Shown here: positions 1-9,169 of the stretch, piece after piece
How positions within the stretch are numbered: position 1 is the first letter of the stretch
Layout of the letters: each line of letters starts with the position of its first letter
Virus genome (UHGV): UHGV-0174779
DNA: 64,000 bases
Source of the DNA: a virus
Direction: 5' to 3' (one strand)
Program-made: the position numbers and the translations under genes
The notes under the pieces: model-generated
The model's input: the letters and a program-made list of their open reading frames with translations, nothing else
Databases searched by the model: none
What the model was told of the DNA's origin: nothing

Positions 1-911
1 TGCTTACCTTTATCAAATTGGTATGCTTTATGGAGAGCTAGGAAAATAGACGGACGGTTTTCCTTCAATACTTCTTCTTCAGTAGCACCTAAGTCAATTG
101 CGTATTGCATTAAGTTTTGATATAAGTTTTCATCCCAATTTGGAATCTCACGTTTCAGAATATTAACACATTCAATACTCTTGGCTTGGAAAGCTTCCTG
201 CTCTTTAGCTGCTGCTTCCTGCTTAATACGGACCTGAGCCTGTTCAAGCTGTTGACGGCGAGCTGTGTACTTCTCTAGGAAACGTTTGTTTTCAACATAT
301 GCTTGAGGATCTTCTACTGCAAGCTTGTCCCAATCAAAACCGTTATAATCTTCAATTACTCGGTCTGCTTCTAAAGACGCTAGTTCTAATACATCCTTCA
401 AACCTACTACACGTTCCTCGAATGCTTCCATATGACGCTGAAGAGTTGATTCTCGTTCTGTCATATCAGCACCAGTAAGATAGCCATTAGAAAGTTCTTC
501 AATAGTCATCTCACGTCCATCAGGAAGGGTGATAACGGTTTCGTAGTCTACATCAAAGACTTCACCTTCACCGTCAGCAGAATCATCTTCATATCCTGCA
601 TCACTTGAATCTTCTTCCTCTTGCTCTTCTGCTTCAGAGGATTCATCTTCATCTTCTTCGACTTCGCCTTCCTCTTCACGATCTTCCCAACCATCTTCAT
701 CTTCGAACTTAAGCTCATCGCTTTCACCGAGAAGGTCGGTATCAAAGTCAAAATCGTCACCGTCTTTTTCCGGGAACTCATCGTCAATGTCCACTTCTGG
801 TTCTTGTTCAGATTCTAATCGACCGAGTTCTTCTTTGAAAGAACCTTTCAGGTCATCCAGTTGGAGGAAAGATTTAAAATCGTTCGGGTCAATATAATTA
901 TCTTGTGGCAT
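1..911 (-). CDS. acidic protein, putative scaffolding protein (partial; continues beyond window start)
   Basis: Open minus-strand frame starting at ATG 911 (overlaps stop of upstream ORF, TAATG) and running off the window; very acidic D/E-rich product (MPQDNYIDPNDF...), position just downstream of portal in late operon. Not in ORF track because no stop in window. Confidence 0.4.
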   Translation of the reverse strand, partial: MPQDNYIDPNDFKSFLQLDDLKGSFKEELGRLESEQEPEVDIDDEFPEKDGDDFDFDTDLLGESDELKFEDEDGWEDREEEGEVEEDEDESSEAEEQEEEDSSDAGYEDDSADGEGEVFDVDYETVITLPDGREMTIEELSNGYLTGADMTERESTLQRHMEAFEERVVGLKDVLELASLEADRVIEDYNGFDWDKLAVEDPQAYVENKRFLEKYTARRQQLEQAQVRIKQEAAAKEQEAFQAKSIECVNILKREIPNWDENLYQNLMQYAIDLGATEEEVLKENRPSIFLALHKAYQFDKGK

Positions 912-1147
912 TATGAAACATCTCCTGCACTATTGATAGCAGCTTTTATGACCTCTTTTAAGCTACCCACCATTTTATACTTTTGATAACAATCTTCGCG
1001 TTTCTTATTCTCATGAGGTTCAGTTTGAACTATCTCTGTCATGAGTCTTTCTTTCAATGCCTCTAATGCTGCGTCAAGACTGCCGTTAAGATTGAGAGCC
1101 GCCAAAGCGGCGGCGTGCTCTTTATTGAATTGATGCCTAATGTTCAT
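911..1147 (-). CDS. hypothetical protein (78 aa)
   Basis: ORF between portal and scaffold-like gene, tightly packed. Confidence 0.35.
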   Translation of the reverse strand: MNIRHQFNKEHAAALAALNLNGSLDAALEALKERLMTEIVQTEPHENKKREDCYQKYKMVGSLKEVIKAAINSAGDVS

Positions 1148-1156
1148 TCGACGTCC

Positions 1157-3400
1157 TTACTTTTTACTTCCAAGACGTTTGCCTGGAATCCGTGAATCTT
1201 TGAGAGAAGCTTGTTGCTCTTTCTTAGTTACATTTGCTTCTTTCTTCTGGAGTTCCAAAGTCTTATTTTGAATGCGTGATTGCTCATTAAGCTTCTCTTG
1301 GTCAACTTGATGGGACATAACCATCTGCAATTCTTTCAGTACAGACTCATACTGACGGACCTGCTGCTGCATAAGAGCTAACTTGTGCTTAGCTTGTTCC
1401 AGAGTTGCACTGTTATCTTCTTTACGGTTTTCCAGAGTCATAGCATCTGCTGCATTTTCTTGCTTGAACTGCAACTCTTCCTGACGAAGACTTAACTCAT
1501 CCGCAGCTTTCTGCTGTTCGAATGTAGTACGTTCACGCTGGTCGAATGCATCAGCAATCATCTTCTGAGAAGAGGCCTGTACGTTCTCAACCTGTGCTTT
1601 AGTCATCTCAAGCTGGAGGATTTCCATCGGAGAAGGCTGCGGAGGCTGATACTGTTCCAGAGGCAGAAGGTATTTGTGAGTGTCCTTAATACCCATCAAC
1701 TCAAAGATCTGTGCAGTCATGTAACGGTCTTGCTCCAAACCAAAGAGAGGTGCTAACTGTGCATCTGCTGCAATCAGCTGTTTCAAGCTAATCAGTTTCT
1801 GTGCACGTTCTGCTTTCTCATTAGGAGAAATAGCTACAACAACTTGAAGATTATGACGAGCTGGCAATTGTTTAGGGTTTACCTGAACCATACCACGAGG
1901 GGTTTGTACCTCAATAGGAACTTCACCATTTTCTCGGATAAGGCTGTAAATACCACGCATCAATTCAACCATACCATTGTGAGCAATGTTACGACATACC
2001 ATACGGAGACGGTTCTGTGCAGCATTCATCATCAAACCTACGGTTGCATAAGCGTTATCATTCTTAAACACATCAGGGTTGATACCCATGCCAAGTTTAG
2101 TTACACCTGTACGTGTCTCTTTAAGCTCCTCAGACATGCCTAGGAGGCCGTCAATACCTTGAGGTAGGTTATGGTATGGGAACAGGTCAATAGCGTCCTG
2201 ACGTTCCATTTCAACCACTCCACCGGGGCGGTTATCAAGCAGAGAGCGACGGTCGTATGCACCAACAAGAGCTTTGTATCGACCATAGTTAGCATTGTTG
2301 ACGTTATCAATATAACCACGAACTAACGCGGTACGTAAATCCTGAATATCTTTCGTAATGTCATAGACTGATTGACCATAGAAGGAACCCGGAATCGGAT
2401 ACGGGCAGAAGGTTACAAACGGAATGTGAGTTACTTCTTCAGTGTGAAGGATATGCTCACCAGCTTGAATAACCTGATAGAGTTTAGACTCTTTATTCTT
2501 ATCTAGAACACCTGTACGAATGTAGTGCTCATAAACCCAAACCATAGAAGCAATATCTTCGGTATCTGTGCCAATATCAGCATCAATATCCTGACGCCAG
2601 TCAGTACGAGACCAAGCAACTGTAGATTGAGTGGTATCCATCGTGTCTGTCCAGTCGTTGAATGCTTCAATCTCATCTTTAGGGAAGCCCATAGCAACCA
2701 GATCTTCTTTAGAACGACGTACACGATGACAGAAGTATTGTGCATCTGCAAAAGAGGTAGCATGTTCATCAACAAAGATTTGCTCTGAAGGAACATATTC
2801 AACTTTCACACGTTTAACAGTTTGTTCATAAGTAACTTTAACATCTACTGTACCATCTTCATTCTCTTCAGTGAAGATTTCCAGATTCTTAAGTCCACCA
2901 GCTTCTAGTCCCTGAACATATGCAGCCAATGCTTCCGGTGGTACACCTTCAGCTTCTTCAGTTTGAGTAGAAGTGTGCTCATCCCAATAGTATTTGATAA
3001 AAGAGTTACGAGTAACCAGGCATTCTTGTGCAGCAGAAGAGATAATATTGTATCCCGGATTGTCACGCAGAAGAATTTGGTTAACTAATTTAGTTGCTAC
3101 ATCAGCAGCATCAGAATCCTGTTGGTTGTCAGCTACGAAAGTAACCGCTTCATCACCAGAACAGAATACGTTAATAATATCTTGCAGTGTACCGTTAACA
3201 GATTCCCAAACAGTACGATCTACCCAACTAGAGCTGCCAGCAGTTACTGGTGCAGGTAAGTTACCATAGAAATATTCCCAAGCTTCACGAGCATAGCCCT
3301 TAACAGCCGTGTCAACGTAACCTTGAGCGTAATTAAAACGACGTTGAAGGTCAACACGTAACTCGTCCAACACCTCTTCACTATATTTTTGCTTAGCCAT
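1157..3400 (-). CDS. portal protein (putative)
   Basis: 747-aa ORF immediately downstream of terminase large subunit; size and position typical of portal; RBS GAGGGAGAG upstream. Confidence 0.6.
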   Translation of the reverse strand: MAKQKYSEEVLDELRVDLQRRFNYAQGYVDTAVKGYAREAWEYFYGNLPAPVTAGSSSWVDRTVWESVNGTLQDIINVFCSGDEAVTFVADNQQDSDAADVATKLVNQILLRDNPGYNIISSAAQECLVTRNSFIKYYWDEHTSTQTEEAEGVPPEALAAYVQGLEAGGLKNLEIFTEENEDGTVDVKVTYEQTVKRVKVEYVPSEQIFVDEHATSFADAQYFCHRVRRSKEDLVAMGFPKDEIEAFNDWTDTMDTTQSTVAWSRTDWRQDIDADIGTDTEDIASMVWVYEHYIRTGVLDKNKESKLYQVIQAGEHILHTEEVTHIPFVTFCPYPIPGSFYGQSVYDITKDIQDLRTALVRGYIDNVNNANYGRYKALVGAYDRRSLLDNRPGGVVEMERQDAIDLFPYHNLPQGIDGLLGMSEELKETRTGVTKLGMGINPDVFKNDNAYATVGLMMNAAQNRLRMVCRNIAHNGMVELMRGIYSLIRENGEVPIEVQTPRGMVQVNPKQLPARHNLQVVVAISPNEKAERAQKLISLKQLIAADAQLAPLFGLEQDRYMTAQIFELMGIKDTHKYLLPLEQYQPPQPSPMEILQLEMTKAQVENVQASSQKMIADAFDQRERTTFEQQKAADELSLRQEELQFKQENAADAMTLENRKEDNSATLEQAKHKLALMQQQVRQYESVLKELQMVMSHQVDQEKLNEQSRIQNKTLELQKKEANVTKKEQQASLKDSRIPGKRLGSKK

Positions 3401-3425
3401 CTATTCTCTCCCTCGGTTGATAGCT

Positions 3426-3455
3426 TAAATAAAAGAAGGGAGGACAAACCTCCCC
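3426..3455 (-). terminator. hairpin (GGGAGG..CCTCCC) plus T-run between terL and portal
   Basis: Minus-strand stem-loop followed by TTCTTTTATTT; likely attenuator/RNA-stabilising hairpin inside late operon. Confidence 0.35.
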
Positions 3456-3460
3456 TTACT

Positions 3461-5002
3461 TTAGTAGCTCTGATTCCATCTGCTTACGTTTGCCTCATAC
3501 AAAGAAGCGCTTCCGTAGCTAACATCATGCTTAGAGCGACCACGATGTGTAACAGAGCACGCTGAATAGCGCATTGCATCCATTAAGTCATCATGTTCTT
3601 TAATAATCTTACCAACCTTACGGTGATATCTAGCTTTCTCTTCGAATAGCTTAGCGTTAGCGGCTGTGTTAAAGATTTTAAAGCGTCCACTCATCATTCT
3701 TTCACGGATATCTGTGATTCCCGGTTCTACAAAGAAGTTCTTTTTACCATCCATTCCAATTTTGTTGTAGAAGGTATCACTCTGTACGTTAACTCCTGCA
3801 TTCTTATAGAATTGAGCAACAGATGAACCACTACCTTTCTCAATATTGTCCGCATCATGCGGTAGGATGACAGGAATCCACTGACCACGACCATTAATAG
3901 CTGGAGCATGATACACTGGAGTAAAGCCACCTTCTTTATATGAGTCGTAAACATAGATAGTATCCGTGTTTGCGTCGTAAGCTGTCCAAACAGCAGCAGT
4001 TGGGTGATCAATACCAATATCAATTGCACAGACACGTTTCCACGTATCAGGAATTTCGAATGGTTCACATTTAATTGTGTCATCCGATACATCGTAAATC
4101 AAACCACTTCCTAACAATGGCATACCTTTTGAACGCATCTCTAATTGCCACGCTGGAATACCTTCAGTCATATCTTTTATATCTTGGTCAGTGATATGTC
4201 CACCTAGGTCTGCATGAGCATCCCACCAAGAAGCATTCTGGAAATATAGAGAACCTGTGTTCTCATCTCCTTCACCTTTCATAAATTTATCTACCAGTTC
4301 AGTTAAACCGTTCTCTGGTGTAGCTGTAATTGTAACTAGACCTTTAGTTGTGAGTGTACGTGTGACGCACTGTGCGAATATAGCCATAGACTCGTATGGA
4401 TCTTCTTCGTCTAACCAAATGTAATCAACTGTTGCACCCATCAATGTGTGTTCACCCTGTTGGGTTGAACGGAATTCTAATGTACTTAAACCGTCAAACT
4501 CTCCTCTCTCATTTTGATGTTTGATTTGTACGATTTGAAGTTTGTTACCATCTCGTTCTATCGTATCAATGACGATAGCATCACGAGGAATGACACCTGT
4601 CCCTAATAAATTTGTATCCTTTCCGATAGGTGTACCAAACAATTCCTTTTGCAATACTTTCCTTGTGGAATCCCCTGTAATACCAACTGCCCATGCTAAG
4701 ATAGGTCTTTTAAATTTATATCCTGTCCACCAAGTTGGGTAGCGACCTGTGACATGACAAGCAAACTCGTATGCCTCGCTATAAGATTTACCAACACGGT
4801 TCGCTGCACACAAGAATCTAAAGCGATGCTTCAATCCTGCTGCATAAAATTTCTTTTGGAAGTCATACGCCTTGAAAGACAAAATCCTATTATACTTCCT
4901 CCATTGGTCACGCTCTTTCAACATATTCAATAGTGCTTTCTTTTCATCTACACTAAGGTTGTTACCAGTTAGAGCTTCATAAATTTGTTTATCTAATGAC
5001 AT
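3461..5002 (-). CDS. terminase large subunit
   Basis: 513 aa; P-loop-like motif (FLCAANRVGKSYS) in N-terminal ATPase region, C-terminal nuclease-like region; RBS GGAGGAAG. Confidence 0.8.
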   Translation of the reverse strand: MSLDKQIYEALTGNNLSVDEKKALLNMLKERDQWRKYNRILSFKAYDFQKKFYAAGLKHRFRFLCAANRVGKSYSEAYEFACHVTGRYPTWWTGYKFKRPILAWAVGITGDSTRKVLQKELFGTPIGKDTNLLGTGVIPRDAIVIDTIERDGNKLQIVQIKHQNERGEFDGLSTLEFRSTQQGEHTLMGATVDYIWLDEEDPYESMAIFAQCVTRTLTTKGLVTITATPENGLTELVDKFMKGEGDENTGSLYFQNASWWDAHADLGGHITDQDIKDMTEGIPAWQLEMRSKGMPLLGSGLIYDVSDDTIKCEPFEIPDTWKRVCAIDIGIDHPTAAVWTAYDANTDTIYVYDSYKEGGFTPVYHAPAINGRGQWIPVILPHDADNIEKGSGSSVAQFYKNAGVNVQSDTFYNKIGMDGKKNFFVEPGITDIRERMMSGRFKIFNTAANAKLFEEKARYHRKVGKIIKEHDDLMDAMRYSACSVTHRGRSKHDVSYGSASLYEANVSRWNQSY

Positions 5003-5014
5003 ACTTCCTCCAGT

Positions 5015-5041
5015 TTAAAAATAGAAAAGGGAAAGTCCCTT
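5015..5041 (-). terminator. hairpin plus T-run between terS and terL
   Basis: AAGGG..CCCTT stem followed by T-rich run on minus strand. Confidence 0.3.
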
Positions 5042-5071
5042 CGTCAAAGAACCTCCCCTTCTTTCCTTTAC

Positions 5072-5545
5072 TTAACTCTCGTCCGCTTCCTCCCCCTTTT
5101 CAGCGTCCTCAGAGTTGTCTTCTTCTGGAGGCATAACGTCGATACCAAGTGCTCCAGTCAAGAAGTCCTTGATTTGTGCATTCAGTGAATCTTCGTTGAT
5201 TACATTCTCTTCCTCAATCTTAACTTCAACAGAGGCCGCCTTAGGATATACCAGATCTGCAACTTTTGATGCAGCCTTGAATCTAAGATCAGGTGGAATA
5301 TTGGGATCTTCGTAAATTTGAATTAACACTTCATCAGGAGACAAATGACTTGCAGCAACACGGTCCAACATTAATTGTGTCAGCTTACCTCTACTACCTT
5401 TGGGTCGTCCGAATTTATTTCCCTTTTGAAACTTCCCATTGCTTGGGTTCATACCACGGCCTTCAAGTTCTTCCGTTACTCCGGGTAATCTTCCTGTAAT
5501 CTCAGCTACCTGTGCAGGCGTGAGTTCTCCGTTTTCTCCAAACAT
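5072..5545 (-). CDS. terminase small subunit (putative)
   Basis: 157 aa, basic G/K/R-rich DNA-binding-like segment (GNKFGRPKGSRGK), acidic C-terminus, directly upstream of terL. Confidence 0.4.
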   Translation of the reverse strand: MFGENGELTPAQVAEITGRLPGVTEELEGRGMNPSNGKFQKGNKFGRPKGSRGKLTQLMLDRVAASHLSPDEVLIQIYEDPNIPPDLRFKAASKVADLVYPKAASVEVKIEEENVINEDSLNAQIKDFLTGALGIDVMPPEEDNSEDAEKGEEADES

Positions 5546-5568
5546 TTTATACTCCTTCTACATTATCA

Positions 5569-5596
5569 ACAACACAAAAAGCCTCCCAACGGAGGC
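5569..5596 (-). terminator. hairpin GCCTCC-CAAC-GGAGGC plus T-run
   Basis: Perfect 6-bp stem with tetraloop, followed on minus strand by TTTTTGTGTT; sits between ORF 5602-6003 and terS. Confidence 0.45.
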
Positions 5597-5601
5597 AAAC
5601 A

Positions 5602-6003
5602 TTACTTACAATCACCAACGGACAGATTAAACATCTTACCTAGAGCAATCGTCTCACCTTCCCACGGAAGTTCTGCACCCTTTCCTTCCTCTAAAAGAAT
5701 AGAGCCGTCGACCAAAAATTTTTCGTAGTCTCGCAGTGCGTCGTCTACTAATTCACTCTTGTGAATCCACGTAATTGTTTCTGTACCATCTTCTTCGATG
5801 CGAACATCACGATGCCATTCATCTTTGGAGGTAATGTAATCATGGAGCATTTCATATTCAGCTTCTTCAATCATCTCAATCATTGCACGAGCATAGTCAG
5901 GGAGGTGATCATATTTAGTAGATTCGTATTCAACTACTTCCAGAGTAGATGGTTGTGTTTTAGTTTTAGAATCAGGGCGAGTAGTGTGGATTAAATCTAA
6001 CAT
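5602..6003 (-). CDS. hypothetical protein (133 aa)
   Basis: ORF in minus-strand block, acidic product. Confidence 0.4.
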   Translation of the reverse strand: MLDLIHTTRPDSKTKTQPSTLEVVEYESTKYDHLPDYARAMIEMIEEAEYEMLHDYITSKDEWHRDVRIEEDGTETITWIHKSELVDDALRDYEKFLVDGSILLEEGKGAELPWEGETIALGKMFNLSVGDCK

Positions 6004-6006
6004 AAA

Positions 6007-6234
6007 TTAATATTCCTTATAAGTGTGTGGTTTGATAGTGGTGAACGCTCGGAAAAATAACCATCCTAGGCTACTAACTTCCATCGTTGCATCAAATTCT
6101 TCATCGTCATCTAAGTCAACCAGACGACCAATGCATTCTAATTCTTCAGGGGATATCTTAACAAAGGCACAAGTCTCTGTTCTGAACCGTGGAATCACCT
6201 CTGATAAAAAGTCTAATATTAAATTCATGATCAA
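6007..6234 (-). CDS. hypothetical protein (75 aa)
   Basis: ORF tightly packed with neighbours. Confidence 0.3.
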   Translation of the reverse strand: MIMNLILDFLSEVIPRFRTETCAFVKISPEELECIGRLVDLDDDEEFDATMEVSSLGWLFFRAFTTIKPHTYKEY

Positions 6235-6587
6235 TCTCCATAATCTAATTTAACCAACCGTCCGCCTAGGTATCCATAATTTTCTGGCTTAAGGTCTGAC
6301 AGGTAAAATTCTTTAGGAAGGGAGCCTTTCAAGGTGTGAAGCTCTGCCATCCACAATCCTCTGTGCTTAACCACCTTACACCTCTTCATTATTACTAAGA
6401 AACCAAACTTATCAGAGAAGACTACAGGACAAAGGTTGGGGTCTTTCATCTCAGAGAAATGTCTCTCTTGTAGGTTAGCAAGAATCCCTTTTAAGAAAAG
6501 CTTCCAAGATTTAAAAGTAGGAATCTTGATAGCATAACCTCTGAACAATATAACTGACCTAGTACAACCTCTTAAATCCAATCTCAT
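6231..6587 (-). CDS. hypothetical protein (118 aa)
   Basis: ORF overlapping neighbours by ATGA. Confidence 0.4.
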   Translation of the reverse strand: MRLDLRGCTRSVILFRGYAIKIPTFKSWKLFLKGILANLQERHFSEMKDPNLCPVVFSDKFGFLVIMKRCKVVKHRGLWMAELHTLKGSLPKEFYLSDLKPENYGYLGGRLVKLDYGD

Positions 6588-6694
6588 AATTCATCTCCCT
6601 TCTTTATTCCTAATAAGTCAGCGGCTATGTAACCAAACACAACAACAATAGGAACAGTGACAAAAAGAATTAAACCCAACAGTAACCATCCCAT
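6584..6694 (-). CDS. small hydrophobic peptide (36 aa, MGWLLLGLILFVTVPIVVVFGYIAADLL...)
   Basis: Alternative frame to track ORF 6618-6830; single predicted TM helix; stop overlaps ATG of next gene (ATGA). Speculative. Confidence 0.2.
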   Translation of the reverse strand: MGWLLLGLILFVTVPIVVVFGYIAADLLGIKKGDEL

Positions 6695-6871
6695 ACTTTT
6701 GTCCTCTGAGTAAAAAAAAATATAAAGGGCACATCATAAGACCTACCCGTAAAGGCCACCTCACATTAACACCCGTGAGTATACCTGTATTCCTTTTCGT
6801 AGTCTTCTTCAGAGAAGCTACCATATTCATCTTCAGTCATACATCCCTCTGATAAAAGTTAAAACATAAAG

Positions 6872-6932
6872 GGGACGTCATGTTAAGGCACTATCACATT
6901 AAGGCCATGTCACGTTAAGGCTACTTCATGTG
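6872..6932. repeat. three tandem ~18-bp iteron-like repeats (core TCAYRTTAAGGC)
   Basis: GTCATGTTAAGGCAC / ATCACATTAAGGCCA / GTCACGTTAAGGCTA read directly from sequence. Confidence 0.6.
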
Positions 6933-7097
6933 CAGTATCCAATCCCGTAATTAAACCCTCCATAGTTATATATAAGAGTTTAAAATCCTGATTTGACCGA
7001 GTGGGGCTAGCCGCTTCCCGCGCGTTTCCTAAAAAGGGGGAGTCCTCATTTAAAAAAGGGTTATTGGCAATGCCTTTACACCTCCTTCCACGTTCCA

Positions 7098-7535
7098 ACC
7101 TTTCCCCGTGCCTACTCCCCGTTATTCTTTCCCCGTGTATACTACCCAATACATTACCTACCCGTTTATTTAGTTCCCCTTTAAAGAGTGGATGAGAGGC
7201 TAGTCTTCCACTGTACCAATAGATTGAGGCGATATAATGCCCATGAGTAATAGTCACAAGCCCCCATAGTTTGAATGTAAATGATTCTAAATGTAATGAT
7301 TATGAGTGCAATAATGATGTATGTATTAATTAAGTGGATGATTGTATTTCTTTTAATAATTTCTTTTATTCCTTTCTTTTTTCAGCGTTCTGTTGGTCTT
7401 TTTCTTTTATGAGTTGATGATTATTTAAGTGGTATATTACTACCGCACTATCTAGCTACCTTTCCCCGTGGTCTGTCCTGCGGTTGTATGTCCCCGTCCT
7501 ATATAGATAGTAGAAATAGTTTACCCGTGGGCTTG
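7098..7535. repeat. cluster of CCCCGTG / CCCGT motifs flanking an AT-rich tract
   Basis: CTTTCCCCGTG occurs 3 times (about 7100, 7128, 7460) and about 10 CCCGT copies occur on one strand between 6740 and 7530; AT-rich stretch 7260-7440. Confidence 0.55.
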
Positions 7536-7594
7536 CTTTCCTTATCAGGTAGTGGTAAATTGAATCTATCGATTGAGTGGTTGGAGTAGTAGAG

Positions 7595-7762
7595 ATGATA
7601 ATCTTAGTAATGATGGTAATAGCTGTAGTGCTTCCTTTACTTGCTCTGATTGTTAGTGAAGTGGTTGAGTTGTTCACTGACAAAAGATTAGAAGTAGTTG
7701 ATAAACCAAGCAAGTTTGATGGTGCTCAGTTTAGTAGTAAGAAAGTTGAAATTAATTGTTGA
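7595..7762 (+). CDS. small membrane protein (55 aa)
   Basis: ATG with GGAG 8 nt upstream; hydrophobic N-terminal helix. Confidence 0.25.
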   Translation: MIILVMMVIAVVLPLLALIVSEVVELFTDKRLEVVDKPSKFDGAQFSSKKVEINC

Positions 7763-7787
7763 CATGTTAGGTAGTAAGAAATATATT
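7759..7787 (+). promoter_or_regulatory. sigma70-type promoter (TTGACA-17-TATATT)
   Basis: Consensus -35 and near-consensus -10 about 40 nt upstream of ATG 7829. Confidence 0.5.
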
Positions 7788-7828
7788 TATCTCATTGAAA
7801 CGAAGCATACCAACTAAAGGAATCAATC

Positions 7829-8308
7829 ATGAATAAGGCAAACTTTGTAATCGGTGCTCTGGTATTAACCTTCGGTAGCATGGCTATCGCTGACAAGATT
7901 GCTAGTGCTCCAGTTGCTCAAGCTGCTGTAGTCATGAGTGATGCTGCTGACACCTTCGTTAGCAACGCCCCTAAAGGTTGGCTGGTTTGTAAAGGATTGG
8001 ATTCAGATAATGTCACTACGTTGATGAAAGTTAAATTATCTAACGTAACCAATCGTGGCATGGTATTGTCTACTCGTACACTTGACAACCAGAATAATGA
8101 GGATATTCTGCTTTCCCGTAAAGACAATGACCCAGAGTTGATTACTTTTGGCGATGTGCAGACTATTAAAGGTTCTAAAGTTGTGACTAATCTGGTAACA
8201 TATGGCACAATGCAAGAAACCATGTTAGCCACCTCTGTCTACAGTGGGGAAGATAACAGTATTTGGACTTTCCGCTTTCAGATGGGTGATTGTGTTAAAG
8301 CAAAATAA
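7829..8308 (+). CDS. secreted protein with signal peptide (159 aa)
   Basis: N-terminal signal peptide (MNKANFVIGALVLTFGSMAIA); own promoter and leader. Confidence 0.6.
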   Translation: MNKANFVIGALVLTFGSMAIADKIASAPVAQAAVVMSDAADTFVSNAPKGWLVCKGLDSDNVTTLMKVKLSNVTNRGMVLSTRTLDNQNNEDILLSRKDNDPELITFGDVQTIKGSKVVTNLVTYGTMQETMLATSVYSGEDNSIWTFRFQMGDCVKAK

Positions 8309-8311
8309 TAG

Positions 8312-8340
8312 TTGACACGGTTATAGATTGGCAGTATTGT
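8312..8340 (+). promoter_or_regulatory. sigma70-type promoter (TTGACA-17-TATTGT)
   Basis: Leader downstream is homologous to that of gene 7829 (ACTAAAGGAATCAA). Confidence 0.45.
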
Positions 8341-8375
8341 TACCTCATTAAGACAACACTAAAGGAATCAAGACA

Positions 8376-8705
8376 ATGAAAACTCTGATTGCATCTGCTC
8401 TTTTATCTGTAGCTGTTCTCTCAACTGTAGGATGCTCTTCTTCTCCGCGTCCCAATGGTTGGTGTGCTCTGGAAGTTGAGGGCACTTGTGTGATGCGTTG
8501 GAAAGATGGTGTTAAGGTTCCTGCTGGTGAGATTGATATGAAGTACGAAGGTGCTAGTTGCTCTAATGGTGGATCTGTTGATGAGAAGGCCTATCGTGAG
8601 CGTGATATGAAAACACAAGCTGATTGGAAGAAGTCAGACTTTATTTCCCGAGCAACTCATTGCGGTGGCAACACTTCCACTAAGGGTAAAGAATGGGACA
8701 TTTAA
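8376..8705 (+). CDS. lipoprotein (109 aa), paralog of 16350-16646
   Basis: Signal peptide with lipobox (LSTVGC); shares RPxGWCA..VEGxCV.RW..G.KVP.GEIDM...GA.CSN motif with ORF 16350-16646. Confidence 0.65.
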   Translation: MKTLIASALLSVAVLSTVGCSSSPRPNGWCALEVEGTCVMRWKDGVKVPAGEIDMKYEGASCSNGGSVDEKAYRERDMKTQADWKKSDFISRATHCGGNTSTKGKEWDI

Positions 8706-8811
8706 AAAGAAGGGTTTGTAATACCAGTTCTACTTTGTTATCTTTGATTTTCACGGTGATTGCTACTGCAATTGCTTACTATTTCTTAATTGTTTTGGGA
8801 GTGTGATACCA

Positions 8812-9075
8812 ATGGGTAATGAAACTATTGCGCTGATTGATACGCATAATTACGGTGGCGTTACGCTCTCCTTTGATGAGTCAATCGACTATGCTTATTT
8901 GTCTTTTCTTACGAAAGGTGAGATAAAAACCATTAGCTTTCCTGCGGTCTATTTAGTGCAAGATTATCTCACTATTGGGAAGTATTTAGCTCAACGTGGG
9001 ATTCTTCTATCGCTGGAAGAAGTGGAACAGATCAGTATAGCATTTTTTGTCGAGGGTAGTAATGAAGAAGAGTGA
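8812..9075 (+). CDS. hypothetical protein (87 aa, C-terminus EGSNEEE)
   Basis: ATG with GGAGTG RBS. Confidence 0.4.
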   Translation: MGNETIALIDTHNYGGVTLSFDESIDYAYLSFLTKGEIKTISFPAVYLVQDYLTIGKYLAQRGILLSLEEVEQISIAFFVEGSNEEE

Positions 9076-9169
9076 TTATTTTTGGCGGTGCTTATTCGTT
9101 GTTACAGTGGCGTTATTTGTCTCTGATATGCTTTATTCTTACGTTTTATAACTATAGGTGACTATTATC

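Noticed and set aside
1844-2143. Short antisense or out-of-frame track ORFs inside long genes (for example 1844-2143, 3727-4092, 47728-48030, 51641-52129, 53024-53221)
   Set aside because: They are fully contained within well-supported long genes and lack start-site context; treated as frame noise.
6618-6830. Track ORF of 70 aa (Cys/Trp-rich) on minus strand
   Set aside because: It runs through a homopolymer tract and the iteron-like repeats and has no convincing RBS; an alternative 36-aa hydrophobic ORF (6584-6694) coupled to the next gene seems more plausible, though neither is certain.
6910-7257. Track ORFs 6910-7257 (-) and 7001-7195 (+) in the repeat region
   Set aside because: They overlap the CCCCGTG repeat cluster, have odd composition and no RBS; the region is more likely non-coding.
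6872-7535. CRISPR array
   Set aside because: Repeats are short (about 12-18 bp), irregularly spaced and not separated by uniform spacers; no cas genes are present.
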